Numbered from the whole stretch's first letter, positions 36,719-49,942 are shown. The stretch is 62,289 bases of DNA, filler included, from Globobulimina sp. (GCA_003354225.1; 17 parts of 17 records of this genome joined end to end with filler, not necessarily neighbours in it), one strand, 5' to 3'. Notes: a model not told the origin generated them from the letters alone. Numbers and translations: made by a program.

Positions 36719-37323
36719 AAGCAATGCCAAACGGCCACATTTTTCTAAACATAATCAATCCACATTTGGTTGATGAAGCGTATAATGAGCAATATGTCAA
36801 ATATTCGCATCGGATTCCAAGCAATAATAACTTTGAAATTGAAGAAAAATATACAGATACATTACAAACAAAGCATATAAAAGAAGCAAAATGCTTTATA
36901 ATTGCATATGATGTGAGATTTGAGAATGGATTAAAGAGTGTACGGAGTCATTTGGATAAAATATTTGAGATCAAAGGTTATAACAAATTATTGAACAAAT
37001 TGGAGATGGATCAAATGTGTTTTTTCCCTGTGATTTTAATGGGAATAAATGGAGATTTATCGGAGATAAATGATATAAATGATCATGAGATAAAAGATAA
37101 AGGCATCGCAAGATCTCAAGTCTCTCAGTTAGCGTTGAAATATTGTACTGATTTTTTGAGAATGAACTTGTTTAAAAGTGACGATTGGATGTATTCAATT
37201 TGGGTCAAAGAGAATGCAATGTCGATGGTGGACAATTATTTGCATTATTATCATTATATGACTTTAAGTGACAAACAAATTGAGAGCCTTAGATCGAATG
37301 ATTCAAATTGCAGAATATTATAA
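36719..37323 (+). CDS. Divergent Ras-like small GTPase, 5' partial, with CaaX (CRIL)
   Basis: CFIIAYDV, PVILMGINGDL (degenerate NKxD), C-terminal CRIL. Confidence 0.6.
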
Positions 37324-37469
37324 AAACTAAGATTACAAAAACATGTGTTTTTGATCCACAATTTCCACATCGATTATCGCCCTTCAATCTACTGAATGTC
37401 ATCTTACTTTCTTCTTTTTTAAAATGAGATGATTTGTTTCCACGTTTTCTCTAATTTTCTAATCAGGCA

Positions 37470-39413
37470 ATGCAGCAGCTACAACTCAACAATATACCAT
37501 TAGTCGTTGAATGTTTTGTGTTTGGATATATCAAACATTGTGAACGTTTGTTAGAAAGCACTGAATTATTTGATTTTATTCCATCTGATATTAAATGGTT
37601 ATCATTGCTGTTTTTCTATAGCAGACACGAATGTATATCATGGATCTGTCCAATGTGCTCATTAAAGAATATCCCAACCACTGCCCAATGTGTTGGCTGC
37701 AGCACTCATTCTATGATGTTTCCACAACAAATCAATAAATCAAACAATAATTATGGTTACATTGGAAATCTAGCGACGATCTCGATGCATATTCACAGTA
37801 CCGGTGTTACTGACAAATCTTTCCTACACATTGCATCTGACATAGCATGTTTTAACAACACATCCTCTGTATTTTCATTATTACGATGTGTGACAAAGAG
37901 ATTATGGAAAGAAAAACCAAAATATAGAACATTGGATATGAGCAATGGCGGCAATATGCAAATTATAGAAAGATTGATTAAATGCAAAGGCGTGCACGTT
38001 TTGGATTTTTTGATGTTATTAGGATTCGACTCTGATGAAACTGGAACGACATTAATATTGAAAGAAGAACCATCGTTACAAACAATTAAAAATGCGATTG
38101 CCGCATTGAATTTATATCAAGCTCGATTCGAAATTGTTAGCAACGAAAATAACGAATCAACGATGCAACAAATTATTTTATATGCCACCAATGACCATTT
38201 TCGTGATGAATGTTGTCTGGAAACATTAATATTGACTCATAAACAATTTAGTGATTCACTGACTTTATTAAAGAGTTTGCGGCGCCGGTTTTGGGTCCCC
38301 GTACCAGCGGATATTGAGAGTGATGAACAGAAAGTAGCCGAGTTTCGTATTACTGTGCAAAAAAGAATCCATTTAAGAGTTATGAGAGCGGTCAGAAATT
38401 GGATGAAGAAGTATTGGAATGAGGATTTTGTGGATAATACTGAATTACAAAAGGAATTATCAATTTGGTTAAGTGAAATACAGCAACGCAGTTCGTCTGA
38501 ATATCCATGGTTTGCTCCTTTGCACCAATTTGTTAACAGAGAATTTGAAAGATTTACACTTGGCAGGAATGTCTGTCACAAATTACCCACTTTTTCTCAC
38601 GTTGAAATAGCAAAAAAATCGGTGGATAAAATATCTGCCAACGATTTAGCAGAGCAATTAACTTTGATCGATGATCGGATATTTAGTGGAATAAAAGAAA
38701 GGGAGTATTTGGGTCAATCGTGGAGGAAGAAAGGGAATGGAGCAAATATATTGGCGATGACGGAGCAATTTAATAATTTGAGAGTTTTTATAAAAATAAT
38801 GATTTTAAAGGAAACGTCGCCGAGAAAAAGGAGTAAAACAATAAAACGAATCATTAAAATAAGTGAAAGATTGCATGAATTAAAAAATTATCATTCTTTA
38901 TCTGCTGTATTATGCGCATTATATTCATCGTCAATACGTCGATTAACATTTGCGTGGAAACGTGTTGATGGAAAACAATTAAATATATTGGAGCAACTCA
39001 AAAATATTTATGACAGAGACTTTAATTCAAAAAACTTTCGTAAAATCTTTCGCAATGCAAAGCCTCGCTCAATCCCATATTTTGGTTTATTTTTACAAGA
39101 TTTAATGTTTATTGATGATGCTGATGATTTTAAACAAATTGATTGTGCTGTAAACAAAGAAAAGACTGTGGATTTCAATAAATACATACGAATTGAAGAT
39201 AGAATGAATATTATTCGTTTTGGTGGACGATATGTTAATATTAAACAATTGGATGTTGTGCAGAGAATTTTATTGCGCGAATTTGAACAATTAAGGGGAA
39301 TAACAGAAGATCAAATATGTAGCATGGCCGAGTTGGTACAAAAACAGGATACTGCCTGCCGTAACACTGCGTTTTTGAAAAAGTGTGTAACCAAAGTTTT
39401 CAAAAAAATGTGA
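37470..39413 (+). CDS. RasGEF (REM + CDC25) with N-terminal RanBP2-type zinc finger and PUB-like domain
   Basis: WICPMCSLKN..CVGC; KYRTLD..FLMLLGF; LILTHKQF; LAEQLTLID, LKNYHSL, SIPYFGLFLQDLMFIDD, VDFNK. Confidence 0.92.
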   Translation: MQQLQLNNIPLVVECFVFGYIKHCERLLESTELFDFIPSDIKWLSLLFFYSRHECISWICPMCSLKNIPTTAQCVGCSTHSMMFPQQINKSNNNYGYIGNLATISMHIHSTGVTDKSFLHIASDIACFNNTSSVFSLLRCVTKRLWKEKPKYRTLDMSNGGNMQIIERLIKCKGVHVLDFLMLLGFDSDETGTTLILKEEPSLQTIKNAIAALNLYQARFEIVSNENNESTMQQIILYATNDHFRDECCLETLILTHKQFSDSLTLLKSLRRRFWVPVPADIESDEQKVAEFRITVQKRIHLRVMRAVRNWMKKYWNEDFVDNTELQKELSIWLSEIQQRSSSEYPWFAPLHQFVNREFERFTLGRNVCHKLPTFSHVEIAKKSVDKISANDLAEQLTLIDDRIFSGIKEREYLGQSWRKKGNGANILAMTEQFNNLRVFIKIMILKETSPRKRSKTIKRIIKISERLHELKNYHSLSAVLCALYSSSIRRLTFAWKRVDGKQLNILEQLKNIYDRDFNSKNFRKIFRNAKPRSIPYFGLFLQDLMFIDDADDFKQIDCAVNKEKTVDFNKYIRIEDRMNIIRFGGRYVNIKQLDVVQRILLREFEQLRGITEDQICSMAELVQKQDTACRNTAFLKKCVTKVFKKM

Positions 39414-40388
39414 TAAAATAAACTTTGTTACTACTAGCTCTAACATCAAAAAGTCGCAAAAAGATGAAAACAATGGTTACAATATTGATTACAATATGTA
39501 TTTCCAATGGAAAATCATTTGGATCTAATTCAAATTGTCCAACACTCGAAGCACACAGATGCTGATATCCCACTGATTTTGTTGCTGATTCTTTATCAAA
39601 TGATTCATTTGTATATTGCCAAAACTCTGGGACCGGCTGTAAAAATAAAACAGATCGAATTTGTAGCGTTACTAGTATTGGAGGGATACAGTGATCGAAA
39701 TTCCAGTCAGTCAGATATTGTTTATTCCGTTACTAAAATTTAATATATACTGATTGGTAGCATGGTTACTGTCATGGGGTGCTCTCGTCTCATTTTCTGA
39801 CATTTCACTCAGTCAGATATTGTTTATTTGCTCACCGTAGAAAATGGTGGATGTACATATGAAATAAATTTTTTGAATGAAGAAGAAGTGGCAACAGCGC
39901 TTTCTAATGCAGTTGGTGGGGTGGATGTGTCTTTGTTTTTTCATTATTCTCTGAATTTTAAATTGAGTTTATTTGTGAATTGAATTGAGATTTACATGCC
40001 GTGCAAGGATAATATACACAATTTCAAAGAAAAGAGGTTCAAACAAGTTTATTACTAAAATCTCTATCTACATTACTTTCCCCTCACCATACCACGGACT
40101 CAGAAGCTGGGAATAAATCATTGTTAATACCAGATACAAATCTATCATCGACTATGCAAATTAAAAATATTTTCATTTATTTATTTATCGTTTTATTTTT
40201 AATATTAGTCGCGAATACAACGGTGTATTTATATTGGTATTGTGATTCAAATAAAACAAAAGTATATAAAAATGTTTCTGTTGATCANNNNNNNNNNNNN
40301 NNNNNNNNNNNNNNNNNNNNNNNNNNNNNNNTTAATTAATTAANNNNNNNNNNNNNNNNNNNNNNNNNNNNNNNNNNNNNNNNNNNNA

Positions 40389-41693
40389 CGGTTTGACGAA
40401 ACTCACTATCTAGCAAAGAAACGCCCAAAGACTGCAAAATTTATAGTTGAAACAAATGTATTGGATAAATGTATGGGCACTAAGATTCAATACATTTCCC
40501 ATTTAAGAAATTGGGTGTTTTATTGTGTCACATTGAAGGAACGCCCCTTTGGATTGCCAACCAATCCATCATTAGCGCTTTTTTGGATTGCTGACCGTAT
40601 CCAACAAGCCGGCAATACCAACTGTATACGTCAAGCACAATCAATGCTCCTTTGGTTACATGAATCGGCGGATATAAATCCGGTCTTTAATTATAACAAT
40701 GAATACAATCGATTCAAGTCCGCAGCCTTGAAACGGTTTGAGAAACCCTCCGATTCCCGTCTCCCTCTAAAGATGGACCATTTAGTCCGTTATACCCTGC
40801 ATACTAACTGTGTTATTGATCACTATGATACCATTCCATTGGATACCTTACTCAAAGTCCTGATTATTCAAATCTATTTTTTTACAATGTCCAGGCCATC
40901 TGAGCTGTTACTTTCTCCATATTCCCAAACAAAGAAAGGCCTGAAATTCAAACACATCAAATTTGAGAAGCCCAATCCAAACAAACCATGTACCCATTAT
41001 GTTAGAATTCAAGTGGTGTCCCATAAATCCATGAAATCACTACAAGATTCCAAATTGCTATATGTAGGCAATTCATATTGCTCCGATACACTCCTATTTA
41101 ATAAATCCTGTCCTTGCAAACTCCTCAATCCTTTGCGTTTACTGAAGCAATATTTAAAACGAAGGAAAGCATTAATATCTTCCTTAAGTCATAATGACAG
41201 CATTCTCAAACATAAACTCCGATTGTCTGCCAATAATAATGTATTTGTATGGTCAAACGGCAAAGCTGTTAACACTACCTCCTTATCCAAGATAATTAAA
41301 GAGGTGCTTGCGGCCAATTCATCTTATATTGTAGAACATAAACGCTATTCTTCTTACAGTGCTAGAATCGGTGGTACTACGCGTGCCTCCCAAGTCGGGA
41401 TTGCACACGGTCTTATTCTTAAATATGTCGGATGGAGTGATTCGAAATTGCCCGACATCAGTATGCGCTATGTCCGACCTGATGCGATCTGTTTAAGTCA
41501 TATGGTACATGATATTATTCATGGACCCTCTCATAATGATTTGAATACAAAAAACCGATTATTCTTACAAACCAGTGTAGTGTTTGACCCGTGGGCCAAA
41601 ATTGAAGACAGGAAATTCTGTTTTCAAAAAATTCAAAACCGCAAACGACGCTACCAAACTACCAACAACAAACTACCCACAACCAATCAATGA
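40389..41693 (+). mobile_element. Tyrosine recombinase ORF of a probable DIRS/Ngaro/Crypton-type element, open to the contig 5' edge
   Basis: RLPL..FFTMSRPSELL (Arg I), SHKS (Lys), YSSYSARIGGTT (HxxR box with His replaced by Tyr), VGW, MRYVR (catalytic Tyr); intronless. Confidence 0.85.
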
Positions 41694-42246
41694 TTTGCCT
41701 CCACAAACTTTTTTAACATTCGAGGCACCATTAAAAGTCTGACACGTTACACGCGGGCAAATGGGGATTGATGAAATAGATTTCTTTATTTTAAATTCTA
41801 TTTCCTCTGTTTTATTATATTATTATTTCTTAATAATATATTTACTCTTTTCCCGTTTGTTTTAAATTGCTGTAATAGACCCATTTACAAATTAAATTAA
41901 ATTAATATTATATTCCATACATCTTACATCTTTTGTTTAGTAAAATTATAACACAAATATAAAGCTTTGGTAATTGCAAATAGAGAGATTTTGAGTGGTG
42001 AAGAGATATTTGCTTCGTATGGTGACATCTATTGGAAAGCCAGAAAGCGAAATGGATAATGGGTTTTTTCTTGCTATTTTCAATTATATAAATATATTTG
42101 TTTTCAGACAGACTGTATGTGATTGAGCAGGCAGAACCTGCGCTATCTGCTTTGCCTAATTTCACACAGACTCGGGCTATCCCAAAATGTAAAGATGTTT
42201 GAGTAGTCAGCAAAGTAAGTTTCTGTTCAAAACTAAATCCTCAACA

Positions 42247-43542
42247 ATGTCTTCCCCATCGTACGTACTTGTTGAGTATACCAACCAAACAAGAAAAAGT
42301 TACATATATATTATGTATATAGTAATCACACCAAATACATCAATCCATACTTCCCAGTTCAAGGCGAATGGAGCAGGAAATCCTACAAAGCCTTAATGAA
42401 AGAAATTCGTTCAAAATTCGCAATCGATTTCGACCAAGCCCTTGAAATCAAAGTCTATGACAAAAACAACGACAAATACTTCTTCATCGATAAGAATGAA
42501 ATGAATTTCATTCCTCGCGGTGGACTTATCCGTGTCGTAAAATCCAAGACCACATCGCGGCAAAGCCCACGCAAACCGCCTCCCAAATCGCCTTCTAAAG
42601 CCAGCACCAAACCGCCGGGAGTCCCTCCGCACTCCAAACAAGACGACCAACGCCGCAATCAATGGAGAATCAACAGTCGCGTCGAGGTCTACAGCGAAGA
42701 GCCGCGCAAATGGCAAAAGGGGCAAATCGAAGATATCTTCAACGACGCCGAGGGCGAATGGTTAGTGATAAGATACGCTGGCTTTCGCACCAAAGAGATC
42801 CAACGATTCAGTAATTACATCCGACCCATTGCGCCCACTCCGACTGCAAAAGCGGCGGCCAAATCTGCGCCCAAATCGCCACCAAAAGCCAGCAAGAAAA
42901 GCCCCACCAAACCCAAGGCCAAAAAGGCAGAAAAGATCACCACACAAAGCAAGTATCGCAAGAAGGAGAGCTCGGAAGTGAAGGAGAAGGAGAATGAGAT
43001 CCATATCAGTGGCAATGCGCAGCATCTCAAGCAATATATTGACCGCGCCTGCGTCTTATTGCGTGGCTATGACAGTATGCAGCGGGCCGTGGACGAGGAC
43101 GAGAAAGGCGGGCCGACGTACAATGTGATCGAATTGGTGGGCCGTGGCCGCGCCATGGGAGCGGTGGTGAGCACCGCGGAGATTGTTAAGCGGATTGTGG
43201 CGAAGTTGCATCAGGTGACGATATTGGAGAGTGCGGAAGTGAGTGAATGTTAAGTGCATTTTCGGGAAATTTCTGTGTGAGTTCTGTTGGATTTGCGTGT
43301 TGTGTGTACCGTGTACGTCAGGTTGGACGCCGTTGGAACAGGGTTTGGTTGAGGTGGAGACGCGGAGATCGGTGGCGCAGTTAAGGGTGATTTTGGCGGT
43401 GGACGATGGCGACATTGATAGGGAGCAATGCGGATATCAGGAGCCCATTGCGAGGGGCGATTTCGCTGCGAATTTGTCGTATCGGTATGAGGGGAAAGGG
43501 AGAGGTGGCGGCGGTGGAAAAGGGAAAAGAGGACGGGGTTGA
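42247..43542 (+). CDS. Alba (Rpp25-like) protein with N-terminal Tudor/Agenet-like domain and RG tail; introns ~42299-42357 and 43249-43321
   Basis: ENEIHIS..GRGRAMGAVVSTAEIVKRIVAKLHQVT..WTPLEQGL..GYQEP..GRGGGGGKGKRGRG. Confidence 0.88.
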
Positions 43543-44055
43543 AGCGGATTGTGTAATTATGTAATGATGTAATACGACTTTTGTTTTTTTTTCATATTAT
43601 ATTGAATGCTTTAATATAAATAATTTGCATTTCATCAAATTTATACTATTTGTATTACTACGATTTGTGTTTAATTGTATAGGGCGATTTAAGTGTAATA
43701 CGTATGGTTTGGTAACATTTTGCATTGCATCAAATGTGCTGTTTGTATTACCATGCAACTATTTGTATTACGGTATATTTCAGCATAGAAATGCAAGACT
43801 CTCTACAGATTTTAGAGTTAACGTTTTTTTTATCCTTTTATTTTAGAGCTTTTTTAAACAATCACGAAATCATGGCAAATGATACCGATTTATTGACAAC
43901 TATTACATAAACCTGAAATGCAATCAAATTCAACACAGCATATAATTGAAAAGCGNNNNNNNNNNNNNNNNNNNNNNNNNNNNNNNNNNNNNNNNNNNNT
44001 TAATTAATTAANNNNNNNNNNNNNNNNNNNNNNNNNNNNNNNNNNNNNNNNNNNN

Positions 44056-44510
44056 GTGAACAAAGCAGCATACATAGCACTAGCATCAATAGTATTGATT
44101 CAATAAATTCATTGACTTATTCCCAGTCTCAGCATCAGCAACATGCACAGCAGCAAATGGCAACCAATTGCAATAAAACAGATAACAGTGATGATGCAAC
44201 ACTTTATATAACAAATACAACAAAGAGAATATGCAGACTCACTGTATTCATAATATTACTCTTAATATCATTCATGTGTCGCGATCATATCACTTTTTTG
44301 GAATCCATTGTAGGCATTTGTTTTACCAGTATGCTATGCCTGATTGTACCATGTTGTTTATATTTGAAATCCTTTTGGAACACATTATCGTGTTGGAATA
44401 AATTTGCCCACATTTTATTGACTATTTTTGTTATTATTGCTACAATTTCATTGTTAATTGGATCTATTATTGATGCGATCACAGGAAAGGATGCTGCCAA
44501 TAAAGCATAA
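44056..44510 (+). CDS. Amino-acid transporter (Aa_trans) C-terminal fragment
   Basis: LESIVGICFTSMLCLIVPCCLYLK plus flanking TM helices. Confidence 0.7.
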
Positions 44511-44741
44511 TTTTTGCATTTTAAAACTAGACATTGCTACTTTTTCATGATAATTATCTGAATTAAATTTATCATGAAGAAAATAGTATTTTCAAATGAT
44601 TTGCTATTTAACTGTATTTTTCTGATTGGATGCAATTAATTCTTTGCTGTTTGCATGGTTGCTGCGTGTTTTTATATTTTTAGTAAATAAAGTTATTTAA
44701 CTTTCAGCTTGTAAAGATAGCAACGAGTTTTTACCAGAAAT

Positions 44742-46478
44742 ATGAGTGGGGATCCTTTCGCCTTACTGTTAGATGAAGAGAGTGATGATCAACGTGAAGA
44801 AGAAAAAGATATCCCGTGCTTGCATATACAAAATGATGAAATACATGTAACAATTAATGATTCTCTTTTTGAAGATGATGAATGCACAGAAAAAATACGT
44901 ATATTATTAAAGTATTTGCAAAAAGATAAAGATTTGAATGCAAATAAATATAAAACGTTTGATTTCACCATTGATTTAACAGAAAAAGAATTAGAAATTC
45001 AAGAAAATAATCCATTATATGGTTTAAAATATGTATTGGAATTAAGTAAAAAATACATTACATCGCTATCAATGTATATTACTGCCTATAGAGATAAGAG
45101 ACAGTTACCATTTAACAATATGCCACCTGCATTAGATAATGATGTCATATTAAGTATATTTGAAACAATACGAGAATCTGTCTGTAACTATAGATTACAT
45201 TATATAAATTTACAATGGATTCCAGTTAATTCATGCAATTATAGTCAATTTACAAATGGCATTGTTGACATTTTGAACATCAAACCAAATGAAATAAGAC
45301 AGAAACCAATATTAATACCGATGGATATATTATTTTCATCAGAATGGCTTGGATTTTTATCATCAAATCATAATGAAAAAGGGCAAGTATTAATTGATGC
45401 AATTGCCGATTGTAAGATATGTAAAGATTTAACTTTACACTTTGATAAAAGTGCTGATTGGTTAACATTTGATAAAAATAGTTTAAAATCGATGGCATCA
45501 ATATTTAATTCAATTGGTAATAACGCATATATTGAATCGTTGAGTATTTTTGGTATTCCGTTTGGTGTTGTTGTTGTTGTAGATGCATTAGCAAAATGTT
45601 TAGAAAATAAAACATTGCCTCGAGGAAAAGAAGATTTTTCATTAAGTTTATCATTTGATGCACAAGCACATAGTCTGAATATGCGTGCATATGAGAAGGA
45701 TGATTTACATTTATTATTAGATGCATTATATGAAAATGATAATATATGCTTAAATGAATTATGTTTATATAGAAATGGAGCGAATTGGGACATAAATAGT
45801 ATAAATTTAATTTGTGATTTGATGGAAAGTGATCAACATAGAATAACAAACTTAGTGTTGGAAGGCGACTTTGTATCAAAATATTCATTTGGAATGTATA
45901 AAGTGGTTGGTTTTGATAAGTTAGTCAATTGTTTGATAAATAAGCAGCAAATGAAAGATCAAGAAGTAAAAAGAATAAATATTGGCACAATATTAGATGA
46001 CGGAGATAGTGATATTTATAATGAATATGTGATTGAATTAATTGAAGAATGCAATATTTGGTTAACTTCAATCACTATAAAATATGAAAAATTTACATCA
46101 AATTTTACTGAAATTAGTGAGGCATTTTTTAATCGCTTACAAATTGTTTATAAGACATTACAAATTATTCGAAAAGAATTATTTGCAATTTTTGACATGG
46201 TGGATGTAGTGAATTTAATTGTTGATTTGTGTAAAATTGAATGCTTTGAAATCTTTATCGTAGATTATGGTGACGCCGACATTAAAAAAACGGATTTGAT
46301 CACAGAGAGATCGGAATTTCGCAATTGTTTATATGACTTTTTTGCTAAAATACAATTTGAAGTTACTAAAAATAGGAAAGAATTTCATAGATTTACACAA
46401 GAAATCAGTACAAATACAGTTGGAATTTGGATTTATCCGTTTAAATCACCTGAACATTGTGTGTCTGTGATATTGTAA
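44742..46478 (+). CDS. Hypothetical RNI/LRR-like protein
   Basis: 578-aa ORF with recurring ITSLSM, IESLSI, LNELCL, ITNLVL segments. Confidence 0.6.
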   Translation: MSGDPFALLLDEESDDQREEEKDIPCLHIQNDEIHVTINDSLFEDDECTEKIRILLKYLQKDKDLNANKYKTFDFTIDLTEKELEIQENNPLYGLKYVLELSKKYITSLSMYITAYRDKRQLPFNNMPPALDNDVILSIFETIRESVCNYRLHYINLQWIPVNSCNYSQFTNGIVDILNIKPNEIRQKPILIPMDILFSSEWLGFLSSNHNEKGQVLIDAIADCKICKDLTLHFDKSADWLTFDKNSLKSMASIFNSIGNNAYIESLSIFGIPFGVVVVVDALAKCLENKTLPRGKEDFSLSLSFDAQAHSLNMRAYEKDDLHLLLDALYENDNICLNELCLYRNGANWDINSINLICDLMESDQHRITNLVLEGDFVSKYSFGMYKVVGFDKLVNCLINKQQMKDQEVKRINIGTILDDGDSDIYNEYVIELIEECNIWLTSITIKYEKFTSNFTEISEAFFNRLQIVYKTLQIIRKELFAIFDMVDVVNLIVDLCKIECFEIFIVDYGDADIKKTDLITERSEFRNCLYDFFAKIQFEVTKNRKEFHRFTQEISTNTVGIWIYPFKSPEHCVSVIL

Positions 46479-46566
46479 ACTTTTCAATTGAATCATAATT
46501 CATAATTCATAATTCATAATCGTAAACCAAATATATATGATATAATTAGCTTCCGCAACAAAATTA

Positions 46567-47623
46567 ATGGCTTACAGAAGCACTTCGTTGTCTGTATTAA
46601 GACAATGGTATTGGGTGCCTGATAAAACATTGCTATACATTCCATCACAACTCATTGAATATGATGCTAAAAATGCAAAATTTAAAACCATCCAAGATGA
46701 AGTAATTAGTATTGAATCATCACAATTAAGCGGCTTGAATCCTGCAAATGATCATATCCATCAACTATGTAATGATTTGGAGGAATTAGAAGAATTGAAT
46801 GAATATATCATTTTGCATCATTTAAGAAAAAGATATAAGCAACAAATAATTTATACAAACATCGGAGATGTCTTAATTTCTCTCAATCCATATGAGAACG
46901 TTGATATTTTTACACAAAATCATATGATTAATTATCACAAATCATCATCAATTGACGCAAAGAAAACTGTCCAAACAGCACATATTTATCAATTGACACA
47001 AAATTGTTATGATAACTTACTAAAAAGCAAATCAAATCAAAGTATTATCATAACGGGAGAGTCTGCCGCAGGGAAAACATTCAACCAACACCAAGTAATG
47101 AGTTATTTGAGTACAATAAATAATATTAATGGAGAAAATATATCAAACATCAATATTAATGCAATGTTAATTGAAAATAATGGATTAAATATCTTAAAAG
47201 TAATAAATATTTTGCAATGTTTTGGCAATGCGACAACATTAAGAAATTCAAATGCATCAAGATTTGGTGAATGGATAAATGTTGAATTTAATAACAAAAC
47301 TGGACAAATTATTGGTTGCGGATTTAAACATTATTTGTTTGAAACATCGCGATTTAGTGCATTTCCAAAGGGTGAAAAATCATTGCATGTTTTGGAGAGT
47401 ATTCGTGGTGAAATACATGATATACAATGCAGATTTTTACATCCATTGAGTGCACATGGAAATAGATTGCGATCCTTTGATTTTTCAAAACTAGAAATAC
47501 AATTTCAAGAATTAGGATTTTCACAAAATAATATTCAAAATATTCGACATATATTATTAGCAATATTATACACTGGAAGTTTCACATTTGAATCTGATCA
47601 TGATCACCAAACAAAAGATCTAA
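46567..47623 (+). CDS. Myosin motor domain, divergent, 3' partial
   Basis: LRKRY..IYTNIGDVLISLNPY, NQSIIITGESAAGKT, FGNATTLRNSNASRFG, YLFETSR. Confidence 0.95.
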
Positions 47624-47767
47624 NNNNNNNNNNNNNNNNNNNNNNNNNNNNNNNNNNNNNNNNNNNNTTAATTAATTAANNNNNNNNNNNNNNNNNNNNN
47701 NNNNNNNNNNNNNNNNNNNNNNNTCACTGGGGGAAAAAAGAAAAAAAAAGATGGAGAAATCAATATG

Positions 47768-49942
47768 CTATTTTGTAAGTGAATCGCTATTTGTTCCAGA
47801 GTCTGTTTCAACAATTAAGTCCAGATTCAGTTCTGTGCCATCTACATTTATAATAGGTACAGTTGTTGCAAATTGAAGGCCGTCAACGCCATCAACTCCA
47901 TCATTCTCGACATTTGTTGGTGTTTCCACTTTATTATAAGACTTGTTTTGTTTTTTGCTTTTGTTTATATTAATGATACAACATTTATATTTTCGAAATA
48001 ATAACATCACCACAACAAATAATGAAACAAATGCGATGACCCCAATAAAGAAAAATGCGCCAATTTCCTTTTCGCGCTTCGACGCATATATATGTACTGT
48101 TGAGTTGATGTCTGTGTCATTGCTCACTGACATTGATGGCCATGGTTCCGGTGACATGGTTGTTTCATCGTAACTTGTCCGCAAATCTAAGGTTTATTTG
48201 ATGTTTAATTTCGAGTGCTAAATGGTATAAAATATATACCTGTTGTACTTGCTGTACTTGTATGCGTATAATTGAGCAGCTGTATGGCAGCTGCATGAGT
48301 TGGGAAATTGAACATAATTCTTGGAGTCATTGTGGGAGTGGGATTGACTTATAATTATAATTAGTATGTATGTATGAAACAATTACTAAAACAAACCTGT
48401 TGGTTCATAGTATTGCAGTGTAGGGCCTGGTGTTTGTATGGATGGTATACGTGTTGGTGAAGGTGTTGGTGCAGTGGAAGGTCTGTGGGATGGTGAAGAA
48501 CTGGGAAATTTATAGTTAAATCGTAAAGTATTTGTTGGATTCACTGTTTATGTCATAGTTATATATATATATTATATATATCCAAATTATATAAATATAT
48601 ATATATATATACATGTAGTAGTTGCGGGAATAAATGGCGATACACTTGGAAAGTTTGTAGGTAAATATGAAGGATTCACACTTGGATTATACGATGGCTT
48701 TATGCTTGGATTCAATGTAGGATTTAGACTAAAAAAACCTGTAGAATTTGTTTTTTTGTTTTTCAAGTAAAAAATCATAATATATCTATCAATGAAACAC
48801 ACGATCTGTTGGCTGGTTGCTTCCTGCTACAAATGGTATGTTCGTAGCAATATTTGATGGCAGATTTGTAGGATTTTTTGAAGGTGGTATACCAGTATAT
48901 GTAGATGCCAAATTTGTAGGATTATCTTAGCACAAAACACATAAAAACATGCTGCAAAACTGTACAAATTATTGGATTTTGTTTTAAAAAAATGTACAAA
49001 GTACAAACTGGATGGAGATAGAGTGGGATTCAATGCTGTCGTCACTAGTACTGTTGGAATGGCAGTTGGTCTCAATGTATATTCTGATAATTTGCTACTT
49101 ATCCATGAATAATAAACACCAGTATTTGTAAATATTGTAGGCAATGTTGTAAGACATAAAACGCCCCACGACACTATACCTACTTGTACATTACTATTAA
49201 TTTTAACCATTGGCCCGCCTGAATCTCCGTGACATGGCGTCGTCGCATCACCCAAACCGCAAATATTATTGCCATTGGCATACGTATACTGACAATCTCT
49301 TGTCCTGGTTTCCCACAGACACAATTCTGCATTGCAGGAGGAACGATCTACGAATGCCAAGTTACTGTATTCCAATGTGTTGGAGTACGCAGCACCTAAA
49401 GCTGTCCGACCATAACCTATAATTTGTAATATATCACCATTGTTGCAACAATCCCTTGGAGGGCTTGACTCGAGATTTGGTATTGCCACAGTGGATAAAT
49501 ATAAATCAGTACGAGAGGTGAGGTCCGCATGGATGAATAGTACCGCAATGTCATTATCTAATAAGACCTCATCGAATTGTTCGTGGACTGCAGAGAACAT
49601 AACACGCCATGCAGTGACGCCTAGTGTTGGTGTCTGTGTTTGCGTGGAAGAGGCATTTAATTCCACTATTAATGGTACAGTCGAGTTGAATACACAATGT
49701 GCTGCAGTTAATATTGCGGCAGGGTATGATTTCCGTAACAATGAGCCACCACACCAGGCGTCACTCATATACAGGTTTCCATTGGAATCGGTTTCTACGG
49801 ATCTTATCGCTGCAATGTACGGGTATTTAGATTGTTGTGTTTTGATACCACGCACAATACGCGGTTCCAAAGCTATTGGTCGACGACTTTGGCTTTGTCG
49901 GAATAATAATGCAAGGCAAGTTACAATGAGACACAGTGTCAT
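47768..49942 (-). CDS. S1 serine protease with Ser/Thr/Pro stalk and C-terminal TM, multi-exon
   Basis: Signal peptide, RIVRG, TAAHC, DNDIAV, GDSGGP, GIVSWG; downstream PT-rich exons and TM (exon linkage inferred). Confidence 0.88.
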
